From the NCBI GenBank assembly GCA_028288385.1, contig JAQBNX010000047.1, forward strand, positions 1-33,826: DNA of 33,826 bases, in the 5' to 3' direction. The DNA is from Spirosoma sp. (lineage in GTDB: Bacteria > Bacteroidota > Bacteroidia > Cytophagales > Spirosomataceae). Position numbers and translations under genes: made by a program. Position 1 is the first letter of the stretch, and each line of letters begins with the position of its first letter. Shown piece after piece: positions 17,318 through 26,148 of this stretch. The notes under the pieces are model-generated. The model worked only from the letters and a program-made list of their open reading frames with translations. It searched no databases and was not told the origin of the DNA.

Positions 17318-19218
17318 GCCAGGACCAGGAAGAATTTTTGACGATACTCAATAAGCATCAGGTCGAATACATGGTGATTGGGGGGCGGGCGATGCAAAGT
17401 TTAGGTAGCCGTCGACAATCAGATAATCTGGATGTGTGGGTTAATCCCTCCGTGGACAACGCCCAAAAGCTAATTAACGTAACCAGGGAAATGACCGGCG
17501 CAAAGATGCAGCCCCGTAATTTCACCGATGAGAACGTAATAATAATTGGCCAGCCGCCTTACCAAATTAATCTTCACAAAGACGTCAAAGGCTTAGGTCA
17601 GTTTGCCGATCACTATCCAAATCGGATTCCCGTAATGACGAAAACGGATACGCCCTACAGCATCGCTTCACCCGCCGACCTGCTGCGTAGCAAACAGTTG
17701 ACTGATGGCATCAAAGAACGACAGGACGTCGCTTTTCTAAGCGAGCGCGTCTTAAACCGGTCACAGACTCACCCGCCCGCATCACGAACGGACGGCCAAT
17801 CATTTGACCCCCGCCGAATCGACTTTGACGATATAAAGCAACGCATCAACCTGATTGATTACGCTGCGACGCAGGGTTACGAACGTGACCGGCAACGGAG
17901 CGGGGGAAGCAGCGTGGCCATGTACAAAGGCCCGCAGGGTGCCCGCGAACACATCGTAGTTTATCCGAACCAGCAAGGCGGCATCGACATGTATTATAAT
18001 CCGAATGACAGCGCAGATAAAGGTACGGTCGTGCAGTTTCAATACCGTCGATCAAATGGGGACTGGAAGGAAACGTACGAGAAACTGGCTGGCTACCTGG
18101 GAGAGGTGCCGCAGCAAGCGGTTCGGCCGACACCAGCGGCTGACCAGCCCGCCCCCAGCCGCGAAGCCGCCGTTGTTCGGACCTTTGCCCTCCAGCCAAT
18201 AACCGACACAGGGTATCTGGAACGCAGAGGCCTGAAACCGGAGACGATTCATGCCAAGGAATTCGAGGGAGCCGTTTTTAACCAGACGTTTCTGCACCGG
18301 GCAAGCGGTCGGGAGTTCATCAACACCGCGTTCCCCATCAAGAATGGTGAAGGGACGGTTGCGTTGATAGTGCGAAATGACAACGTTAAGATCGTTGAGC
18401 AACCACGCGGAGACGGCATCTGGGTTTCCAATGTGAAGGTAATGAATGGTCAGAAAGCCGACCGGTTAATTATTGCGGAGAACCCCATTGATAACATGAG
18501 CTTTCACCAGATGAAACCACCCTTGGAAGGGGAAAAAAGACTATACGTAGCCACAGCGGGTAATATGTCAACCGGAGCTCCCGATACGATACAGCAGCTG
18601 ATAGACCGTTACCAGCCGCGACAAATCGTACTGGCCAATGACAATGATAACGGTGGCATTCGGAATAACGTCAACCTCATAGGACGCATGCGCATTCCGG
18701 GCAACGAAGCCAGCAACAACATCACGGCTCGGCTGGACTCACCGACGCCGACCCAGGCCCGGTTGACAGTGTCGGTTAGCTTTGGTGATGCTGAGAAGGG
18801 CAAGCAGCAGGTGCAGGCATTGTCCGAGCGGTTTACGCAGGCGCTTAACAAAAACGCGCCGGCCGATCAGCCTGAGGCTCGCATTGCCGTTCGATCTACC
18901 GGTGAGAATCGAGCTGAGCTGGAAGTTTCGTTTCCCAAGACCCGGCAGCATCTGGTCCGGGTGCAGTCTGAACTGCTGGAAGCCAAAGGATTAAAAGAGG
19001 CCGTTGATGTCAGGCTTCCGGTGCAGAAAGATTTTAACGAAGACTTGAAAAAAGGCGAAAAGCTGATGTTATCCCCACTGCCGGCCGGCCAGCGCCAGGA
19101 GCTGACAACTGGGCTTACGTTCACAAATTTAGATCCCAAAATGAAACCCGGCCTTGACCTACCGGGCTCTGCCCCTATATCGAATACGTCAAACGCTAAC
19201 GGAACACTGAAACGATGA
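17314..19218 (+). CDS. Fusion of a degenerate nucleotidyltransferase-like domain and a DUF3991/TOPRIM conjugative primase-like region
   Basis: N-terminus ILNKHQVEYMVIGGRAM..RQSDNLDVWV (minimal NTase fold). Then DIKQRINLIDYAATQGY, DKGTVVQF, GYLERRGLKPETI, NTAFP and TOPRIM IAENPIDNMSF...LANDNDNGG...KDFNEDL. Confidence 0.72.
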   Translation: MSQDQEEFLTILNKHQVEYMVIGGRAMQSLGSRRQSDNLDVWVNPSVDNAQKLINVTREMTGAKMQPRNFTDENVIIIGQPPYQINLHKDVKGLGQFADHYPNRIPVMTKTDTPYSIASPADLLRSKQLTDGIKERQDVAFLSERVLNRSQTHPPASRTDGQSFDPRRIDFDDIKQRINLIDYAATQGYERDRQRSGGSSVAMYKGPQGAREHIVVYPNQQGGIDMYYNPNDSADKGTVVQFQYRRSNGDWKETYEKLAGYLGEVPQQAVRPTPAADQPAPSREAAVVRTFALQPITDTGYLERRGLKPETIHAKEFEGAVFNQTFLHRASGREFINTAFPIKNGEGTVALIVRNDNVKIVEQPRGDGIWVSNVKVMNGQKADRLIIAENPIDNMSFHQMKPPLEGEKRLYVATAGNMSTGAPDTIQQLIDRYQPRQIVLANDNDNGGIRNNVNLIGRMRIPGNEASNNITARLDSPTPTQARLTVSVSFGDAEKGKQQVQALSERFTQALNKNAPADQPEARIAVRSTGENRAELEVSFPKTRQHLVRVQSELLEAKGLKEAVDVRLPVQKDFNEDLKKGEKLMLSPLPAGQRQELTTGLTFTNLDPKMKPGLDLPGSAPISNTSNANGTLKR

Positions 19219-19556
19219 ACTTTGTAGGATGCTTACTAATCAGCGTTACTGTTTTAGCCTGCCAAACGGTATCATCAGATGACGGGAGCCAAGCTGCACA
19301 ATGGAAAGAAAAGTATGAGCAACTTCGCAGACAAGACGCTCAATTTAAAGCCAGTTACCGGTTGTCGGGTAAATACAGTATTTACAACAGCGCTCAATTG
19401 CTGAACGAAGTACACGGACCCAAGGTCGTCGTCTCGAAAGGGGTTGATCAGTTTGAGAAGCTGCACAAGGTAGTCATCAAGGATACTACCGGGCATTATT
19501 ACAATTGCTACTGCCAGGATTTACTCAGTTACCGGCCAGGAGAGCCACTACCATAA
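19215..19556 (+). CDS. Putative lipoprotein, 113 aa
   Basis: Hydrophobic N-terminus ending in lipobox-like VLAC. ATGA overlap with the upstream gene. Confidence 0.6.
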   Translation: MNFVGCLLISVTVLACQTVSSDDGSQAAQWKEKYEQLRRQDAQFKASYRLSGKYSIYNSAQLLNEVHGPKVVVSKGVDQFEKLHKVVIKDTTGHYYNCYCQDLLSYRPGEPLP

Positions 19557-19665
19557 ATAGGATGGCGTTACCCGGACTTAGGCATGGAGCAGGCTAGTGA
19601 ATATACAACCCCAACGGTTCATCATCGGATTATTGCCTACCAACCACGTATAGACAAGTACTTAC

Positions 19666-20163
19666 ATGAAAAGACTCCTTTCCATGTGTTTTAGTGCGTC
19701 AGCGCTTTTAACTGGATGCAAACCTAAAGAAACACAACCTGATTTTCCGCTTACTACAGCATACTATGAATTTCGGGTCACCCGTATAGTCGACGCGAAT
19801 CAGGGCACTTCAGTTGAAGTCGGTTTGGACACGCTCAGCTATCGGGACGAGGACGGCGTGCTTAAGGTGTTGACTAATTTGTATAACGAGAACGGACCGA
19901 AAGGCCAGTCAACTTATATCAAGTACATACCAGTTACTTCGCGTAACAACCATGTATTGGAAGCTTACGCTTCGACTTCGACGACAAAAGGTCATAACCT
20001 AGTGATTGAAGCCGGGCTGATAAGAAGAGCAACCCAGACACGACTTCAAATAAGCGAACAGCGAGCCAACACCAACTGGCAATTTCCGTTGTCACAATTA
20101 GTTGTTCAGAGCCGGTTAAAGGAGCCCGTCAGCCGGGAAGATGCTCTCGAAGCAAACAGATAA
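19666..20163 (+). CDS. Putative lipoprotein, 165 aa
   Basis: MKRLL...ALLTGC signal peptidase II pattern followed by a beta-rich mature region. Confidence 0.7.
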   Translation: MKRLLSMCFSASALLTGCKPKETQPDFPLTTAYYEFRVTRIVDANQGTSVEVGLDTLSYRDEDGVLKVLTNLYNENGPKGQSTYIKYIPVTSRNNHVLEAYASTSTTKGHNLVIEAGLIRRATQTRLQISEQRANTNWQFPLSQLVVQSRLKEPVSREDALEANR

Positions 20164-20315
20164 AAAGACACCCTGCCCATAGCCGTTTTTATAAGAAGGT
20201 CATCTACTTCAGTGAAATGGGCAGTCGGGCAACGTATAGTTCAAAGGGTTTCACTAAGGGTAAGTAGTTGTCTGTAGCGATCAGTAATGTTCATGGTAGA
20301 TACAGTTTAAGTAGG

Positions 20316-21236
20316 CTATCCAATTAATTGACGGGTTTCAAAATCAGCTTTAACGCCGTACACAGCCTGCTTTTCAGATTGTCGAATCATTACTTCTTTA
20401 TAGCCTGCCTCGGACCGCAGATTTCGGTTTAAGCTCATGAGCAGGTTTACATCATCGGCATTCATGCGGTAAATGCGTCGTACCCTATCTACCATTTTAT
20501 CTGAATGATACCACTGGTCTTGAAACAGCATTTTTGTTCCAACAAAGTCTTGCAAGGCATCCCAACGCTGTCGACTCGCTGGATCGTGCGTTAATAAATC
20601 CTCGATCCAAGTCAAACCATCTGTTTGTAGCCAGACTTCTCCCGGATGTGTTTGTAGCGTCCCCATCAAATCGCGAAAGAGATGCCATAGTGAACCGCCC
20701 CGTTTGGAAAGGATAATTGGCCAGTAACGATCCAGTACGAGTACGTGAGACCTGCCAGGATGCGCCACGCACTGCCCAATGAAATAAATAAAGTAATCAT
20801 TGAGACATTGAAGCAATCGTTCGATGTTACCTTCGATATGCCACCAGTGATCAATTTTTACCAACGTAATACCAGCAGGAAGCGCTTCGGGTAAATGACC
20901 ACTGGGCAGGTAGGGCTCGTTGCCCATTCGGTGTAGATGAAAGGCAGCGTCACGTTTGTTGGCAAATACCTGGCTGTAATCCTGTGGCAGGTGAAAATTA
21001 TTAGATTCGTCTAAAAAAAGTACATAAGGTATAATCGGCCCTTTAAGCCCTTCGAGCAGCATATACTTTGTCAGGAAGCCTACTCCTGATCCGCAAGGGC
21101 CTATTAAAAGTTTGTTGCGAAAACTCCAGGTGTCTTTGCCTTTTTGGGGAATAAGTGGAACCGACTGGGGGGTCGATGTAACGCGGGACAATAAAGGCAA
21201 CGTGGCTAAAAAGGGTTGAACTTGAACAGTTAACAT
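20316..21236 (-). CDS. Truncated, degenerate TraG/VirB4-like P-loop protein
   Basis: RNKLLIGPCGSGVGF (Walker A lacks Lys), LVLDRYWP (Walker B lacks Glu), TKMLF and LMSLN...YKEVMIRQ...VY, collinear with the TraG C-terminal domain. Confidence 0.65.
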   Translation of the reverse strand: MLTVQVQPFLATLPLLSRVTSTPQSVPLIPQKGKDTWSFRNKLLIGPCGSGVGFLTKYMLLEGLKGPIIPYVLFLDESNNFHLPQDYSQVFANKRDAAFHLHRMGNEPYLPSGHLPEALPAGITLVKIDHWWHIEGNIERLLQCLNDYFIYFIGQCVAHPGRSHVLVLDRYWPIILSKRGGSLWHLFRDLMGTLQTHPGEVWLQTDGLTWIEDLLTHDPASRQRWDALQDFVGTKMLFQDQWYHSDKMVDRVRRIYRMNADDVNLLMSLNRNLRSEAGYKEVMIRQSEKQAVYGVKADFETRQLIG

Positions 21237-21261
21237 AGTCTGACTATTCGGATGAAGTTAA

Positions 21262-21492
21262 TTAACGACGAGTCGCCCTCTCTAAAATCTTTAGCAGAAA
21301 AAGGGTAGCAATCAAGATCAGTGCTATTGCACCGTGTTTAACGCTCACCGTTATACGTCGCTCAGCGAGTACGAATGAAATTAACAAAGGCAGCGCTGTC
21401 AGCAAAAGAAGACAACCAATCGTTGATGCTGTTTTACGAGCTAATGAACTCGATAGGCTTGCCGAAAGACCCTTAAAAAAAGGAGTGTTCAT
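21262..21492 (-). CDS. Small membrane protein (2 TM)
   Basis: Two hydrophobic segments, in the tra operon orientation. ATG at 21492. Confidence 0.55.
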   Translation of the reverse strand: MNTPFFKGLSASLSSSLARKTASTIGCLLLLTALPLLISFVLAERRITVSVKHGAIALILIATLFLLKILERATRR

Positions 21493-21553
21493 GGTATGAT
21501 TAACCAATATAGATTCAAGGAAATCGACTAATATAGGTCGTACAATGAGGGAT

Positions 21554-22102
21554 TTACTGAGTATAAGTCAAGCCTAAGCGCCATTGGCTCTTTTCGAATA
21601 CCATTGGCTGGTAGCGCTTCTCTCGCCTGCCATTTTCAAAGCCGATGCTCAACTCTACGACGACCGAATCGGCCGAGATTTCGCGGACCGAAACAGATTC
21701 GGCTTCGGAGATGCTACCCCCCCGTGTGGCCGCCTGCATTGATAAGGGAAGTAATCCTGGCAGTTGACGGACTTCCCGTCGAAACGCACCTGACAGGTAC
21801 GGCTGTAGCTGAACAGTGTTGTTACGGGCGTACTGGTTTGCGACGAAGTAAGCCTCCTCAGCCATGCGCTTGGCTTTCCACGACTTATCCTGGTAAAGTA
21901 GCTTAAAGGCCAGCACGATGATGAGTAACCCCGTCAGACTCCCGATTGTCAGCCAGGGATTACGGTAAATAAACCCGTTCAGGGCGTTATTTACCTCAGT
22001 TGCTGGGGAGGGAGCCGCCTGAGAAGGCGTTTTGGTTTTTCTTCGGCCGGACGGTGTTTCACCATTACTGCTCAATGGCATATCGTTGAGAATTTGAGTC
22101 AT
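21554..22102 (-). CDS. Membrane-anchored protein with a possible NTF2-like/DUF4878-like C-terminal domain
   Basis: Single TM (WLTIGSLTGLLIIVLAF) and C-terminal VVVELSIGFENG...MVFEKSQWRL. 2 bp from the upstream gene. Confidence 0.6.
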   Translation of the reverse strand: MTQILNDMPLSSNGETPSGRRKTKTPSQAAPSPATEVNNALNGFIYRNPWLTIGSLTGLLIIVLAFKLLYQDKSWKAKRMAEEAYFVANQYARNNTVQLQPYLSGAFRREVRQLPGLLPLSMQAATRGGSISEAESVSVREISADSVVVELSIGFENGRREKRYQPMVFEKSQWRLGLTYTQ

Positions 22103-22104
22103 GC

Positions 22105-23325
22105 CTACAAGGAAAAGTCTAAATGCTGGTAGGAATCTAACATATACCCCCGTGCCCGCTTCAACTCCATCACTTGCTGGAGAGGCGTCTTCTGAAGCGC
22201 ATTTTCCATCATTGCGTCACCCTTCTGACGATACTCAACCGATTGCGTAGACATGTCCATTGCCATCTTTTGCAGGCTTGCCCGTTCCCCGGTTGAAAAG
22301 CGAAGTCCCTGAGCTGAATTGGCATCGGAGAAATAGCCCATATCAGGCGGTAACGCCCCCATTTCGGTCGGGTTGCCAATCCCTTCCAAACCCGCCAATG
22401 AGCCTTGGGCCTGACTATTGATGTCATTGAGAATTTTTTCAAATTCACCCTGCATATCGCCTACATTACCTAGCATCCCCTGAATATCACCCATTGACAA
22501 CAGATCAAATGCCCCGCCTAATCCACCGGGATCACTGATTAGCTCCTGAATGTTAGATTGAGACATGCGTTGCATAACCGAGCCCCGCATCCGACGGGCC
22601 AAGTTAAGGGCCGTGCCAATGCGCTCATCTTTTAGCGAATTGCTCAAGGTAATCGATTGAGCGTACAGCTCATCGGCTAGTTTATAGTACAAAAGCGCCT
22701 GAACAATTTTCTTTTTCTGAGCAGCCGTCTGAAACTGTAATAAGTGTTGAGTCTCGTCACCTCGCGCTGAACCAAGATCCGTCAGGGTCGCAGGCTGCAT
22801 CCCATCTAACCCGGCCTTACCAAAAAACATCTTATAGATTTCCGCTGCGTTATCTTCCGCCAGTGGATAGTTACGAAGCGCTCCGTCTGAAAAAACTTTT
22901 TCCAACTTTTTCAAGAATTGAGCGGGTACATAGTTACTCAGATACCCATTTACCTCTTGCTGAATTTGCTTAAAGACCACTAAATCGTTGAATTTAATCT
23001 GGCCATCTCTGGACTGAATTGCGCCAAATTCTTCGGTCGACCGAAGAATCTCTTCAACACTGCGGGCAATCTCCAACTGAGCCTGCGTATATGTTTCCGT
23101 AGCCTGCGAGCTTTCGTCGATCCGGGCCAGCTTCATGAGTGACTTTTTATTCTTATCCAGAATCTTCTTTAGTTCAAGCAGCCGGGCTTTGCCATATTTA
23201 TCCCCACCCTTTATACCCAATAATGATAGACCTAGGTTGACTATCGTTTCGACCTGGCTGTTACCGGCAACCGGCATAAGAAGCAAGGCGCCGGTCAGCA
23301 TGAAGAGCAATAAAAAACGTTTCAT
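22105..23325 (-). CDS. Secreted helical conjugation protein, possibly VirB5/TraI-like
   Basis: Signal peptide (..PVAGNS-Q), coiled-coil character and LRFSTGER resembling the (L)xMxDxER motif of TraI-like proteins. Directly after traM. Confidence 0.5.
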   Translation of the reverse strand: MKRFLLLFMLTGALLLMPVAGNSQVETIVNLGLSLLGIKGGDKYGKARLLELKKILDKNKKSLMKLARIDESSQATETYTQAQLEIARSVEEILRSTEEFGAIQSRDGQIKFNDLVVFKQIQQEVNGYLSNYVPAQFLKKLEKVFSDGALRNYPLAEDNAAEIYKMFFGKAGLDGMQPATLTDLGSARGDETQHLLQFQTAAQKKKIVQALLYYKLADELYAQSITLSNSLKDERIGTALNLARRMRGSVMQRMSQSNIQELISDPGGLGGAFDLLSMGDIQGMLGNVGDMQGEFEKILNDINSQAQGSLAGLEGIGNPTEMGALPPDMGYFSDANSAQGLRFSTGERASLQKMAMDMSTQSVEYRQKGDAMMENALQKTPLQQVMELKRARGYMLDSYQHLDFSL

Positions 23326-23333
23326 GGTCGAGT

Positions 23334-24569
23334 TTATTTTACGGGAGTGAAGAACACCTTAAAACCATCCTGCAACTCGATCTTCTGACGGGCTTCCCGG
23401 CGACGACCGTTGGTAGCGGCCTGCGCCAAACCGGTACCCAATGTCGCCAAAGCCCCGGCTGCCCCGGGTAACCGGAGAGCTTGGTTCGCCGAGTAACCGG
23501 CCGACCAAGCGGCCCGTGATAGAGCCTGGCTTGACGCGTTATCAACCGCCCGGTCCGTCTGCTGTTTCAACGGCCGGTCGGATTGCAGAGCCAGTCCTTC
23601 GTTCATGTCTATGTCGAGCGCCCGCAGCTGAACGGGTACCGCTTCCCCGGTTGCCTGTAGTCTGAGCGTGGTGATGCTGAACACAATTCGGTCACCGCCG
23701 ATCCGGGCAAAACCAAGCAAAATAGATCCTTTCGGAGCGAAGCGGTCCCGGATATGGGCATCTGCCAGCGTCCGAAACATGACGCGCGTACCGTTGCGGG
23801 CTACCTGGTCTCCGTTAACTACCCCTGGAATAGGTTCTTCATCAGCGACGTCCGGCAACGCTTGCTGGAAGGATGTAAAACTTCCATTTGCCGTACCCCC
23901 TCCTCCTTTCTCTGCTTTTACCGTATTGAATCCGGCGCGTAGCATCAGTTCATCCTTCGTTGGGTTAGCACGGTAAGAATTACCGTAAGCGGACTGGTTA
24001 CGGGCTTCCCGAGCAGCCGGGTAATCATCGCTATCGCTGCTTTGCCGACGGACCGAGCTTGTCCCTTCTCCTGACCGGCGCGACGAGGTGCGACTAAGTT
24101 TTTGGGATCGCTGTTCTTCTCGTTTAACAGAAGGGTTTATTCGCCCGGCTGCGTCAGTGCCCGCCTGTCTCCGGTCTGCCTGTTGCTGCTGTTTGGCTAA
24201 AGGAAGCCCGTACACATCATTAACCTTGTCATAATTCATGGTTCGTACGCCTTCCGCGTCGGCATAGTCTATTGGCTGTTCGGTGGGGTCCCGATCCTTA
24301 TCACCGACGTCCACCGGTTCTCTCGGTATGGGTGCCCGGAAACCAGAAGCCGATTGTTGAAGGATAAACTTATAAAACAAGCCGCCCACCAAAACCAGCG
24401 CCAGCAGGGCCGCTATTGCTATAAAAATCCGATGACGGCGAGCGTTTGCTTCTCCGGTTTGCTCAGCGTGCTCCTTGTTGGAAACTTCCTCGAGGGTTTC
24501 ATCCTCGTAAAAGTGATTGTCTTCGGGGTTAATCGGCTCATGGGGGTCCTGATTGTCTTTGTTGTCCAT
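23334..24569 (-). CDS. traM: Conjugative transposon TraM (VirB10-like)
   Basis: N-terminal TM, GFNTV, IPGVVNGDQVARNGTRVMFR, PKGSILLG, ALDIDMNEGL and KIELQDGFKVF. Confidence 0.85.
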   Translation of the reverse strand: MDNKDNQDPHEPINPEDNHFYEDETLEEVSNKEHAEQTGEANARRHRIFIAIAALLALVLVGGLFYKFILQQSASGFRAPIPREPVDVGDKDRDPTEQPIDYADAEGVRTMNYDKVNDVYGLPLAKQQQQADRRQAGTDAAGRINPSVKREEQRSQKLSRTSSRRSGEGTSSVRRQSSDSDDYPAAREARNQSAYGNSYRANPTKDELMLRAGFNTVKAEKGGGGTANGSFTSFQQALPDVADEEPIPGVVNGDQVARNGTRVMFRTLADAHIRDRFAPKGSILLGFARIGGDRIVFSITTLRLQATGEAVPVQLRALDIDMNEGLALQSDRPLKQQTDRAVDNASSQALSRAAWSAGYSANQALRLPGAAGALATLGTGLAQAATNGRRREARQKIELQDGFKVFFTPVK

Positions 24570-25521
24570 TGTATGAAACGGTTAGAGGTGGAGCGGGAAC
24601 CGTAAACGTGGTGACGGTTTGTGCCGATTTGTCTGAATGCTTTAACGGCTTGCTCGTTGCGTACAAAACAGCTTTCATGGGGACTTTCAGCGATACGTTA
24701 CGGGTGCCGGCCTTTTCGCGGATGTTCAGCACAAACCGGCTCCGGTCATGGGGTGCATACTGATGCAGAACCAACCGGAGACGAACGGACTGACCTGCTT
24801 CGACCCGCGCCGGCACCTCCGCATAAATCGATTCCATCGGGTAGGTTTCTCCGTCCAAGTAAGCCCCTTTGCGTTTGCGGGCGCGGTGCTCGTACCAGCA
24901 GGCAACCTGATCGAAGAGGAACGGCATCTGAGTCCGATTGGATACAGTTAGCTGCAAAAAGGTGTGGTTTGCGTCGTGCACCAGATGCGTTAATTCTACG
25001 CTGATGCCTGAGTTGGAATCGGTAACGTGCAGGTTGGGGGACTGCCGCAGCATTGTGTCTAACTGAGCCTGAAAAGCAGTTGGCTGGTCGGAGCCGGCCA
25101 CGCTACCGACCAGCGATGGACGAAGGGAGGCCAGCAGTGGCCCATTTAGCTTTAGCAATGCCGTTGCCTCTGTGGGCACCGGTTTGACCACTTTGGCCGG
25201 TAGATACTTCTTCACCTCAACAAAGGCGGAGGGTGTGGGTCCGCCTACGCTGAGGTAGCCTAAGTAGGTTTCCCGGTCCGTCCGCACAAAAAAGGGCGTC
25301 TTGCGGGCCGTCGTAAGCCGTGGGCGAACAAACACAATGTTGCCTGACTCGATCTTTACTAAGTATTCAGGGCTAATGTCAACGACGGCAACCGCTTCGG
25401 GGAATATCAGGTAGGTTGTCGTGAGCCGATTTACCTGAATGGTGTCCTTCAGGTACGATTGGGCAGAGGTTAGTCTCGCCATCAACAGTGCCAGTGTCAG
25501 AGGTATCAGGGTTTTTTTCAT
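24538..25521 (-). CDS. traN: Conjugative transposon TraN (DUF4138, VirB9-like)
   Basis: Signal peptide, TTTYLIFPEAVAVVDI, LTVSNRTQMPFLFD and IREKAGTRNVSL. Confidence 0.8.
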   Translation of the reverse strand: MKKTLIPLTLALLMARLTSAQSYLKDTIQVNRLTTTYLIFPEAVAVVDISPEYLVKIESGNIVFVRPRLTTARKTPFFVRTDRETYLGYLSVGGPTPSAFVEVKKYLPAKVVKPVPTEATALLKLNGPLLASLRPSLVGSVAGSDQPTAFQAQLDTMLRQSPNLHVTDSNSGISVELTHLVHDANHTFLQLTVSNRTQMPFLFDQVACWYEHRARKRKGAYLDGETYPMESIYAEVPARVEAGQSVRLRLVLHQYAPHDRSRFVLNIREKAGTRNVSLKVPMKAVLYATSKPLKHSDKSAQTVTTFTVPAPPLTVSYNGQQRQSGPP

Positions 25522-25542
25522 TTTTTAACCGTTGTCTTCGGG

Positions 25543-26148
25543 TTAATCCATTTTGCGGTTATACTCCATAAAACTGAATCCGTCGATCAGCAAACCATAC
25601 GGATTAATGTCAGATCGGTTCTGTCTGGAGAGCGTAAAGCGAGCTGCAATGGGCTGCACGATTATTTGATTGTCATAGACAACCTCCTGAGCTCCCCATA
25701 CGGTGCCTTTATAGGGTTCCGTGTTTATATCCACCTGCACCGAATCGCAGGTCCAGTTCGTGTGCGAATTGTACCGGTGATAGTTCTCTAAAACCTCACC
25801 TCGTTTAAAGGTCTCGTAAATGGCCCGGCCATCGTTGTGGTCGATTAGCTTCATGCCCAAGTTTACTCGCTCGCGAAACGTACTTGCGTCGTGCTGAAAC
25901 ATGACGTCCATGAAGTGGCGGATCAAATTGCGGGCCTCATAGACCGTTGGCGTGGCATGGCCGGCCGTTACGGCCGACACCGTTCCGTTATCGGTCGCCA
26001 CATACACGCGTTCGGCGTGCTGTTCGTTCTCAGTGACGTAAGCGTAAAGCCACGCCAGGTTGCTAAGCGCTAAGGAAACAATCAGGGTTACGCAGATTAC
26101 CCGCAGTGATTTAATCAGGGTGGTTACGTTGTTGGCTTGAGACATCAT
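25543..26148 (-). CDS. traK: Conjugative transposon TraK (VirB8-like)
   Basis: TM followed by RVYV, HFMDVMF, CDSVQVD and RSDINPYGLLI. Confidence 0.85.
   Translation of the reverse strand: MMSQANNVTTLIKSLRVICVTLIVSLALSNLAWLYAYVTENEQHAERVYVATDNGTVSAVTAGHATPTVYEARNLIRHFMDVMFQHDASTFRERVNLGMKLIDHNDGRAIYETFKRGEVLENYHRYNSHTNWTCDSVQVDINTEPYKGTVWGAQEVVYDNQIIVQPIAARFTLSRQNRSDINPYGLLIDGFSFMEYNRKMD

Noticed and set aside
19666-20163. Calling this lipoprotein TraQ
   Set aside because: The resemblance after the lipobox is only superficial and the gene is on the opposite strand to the tra operon.
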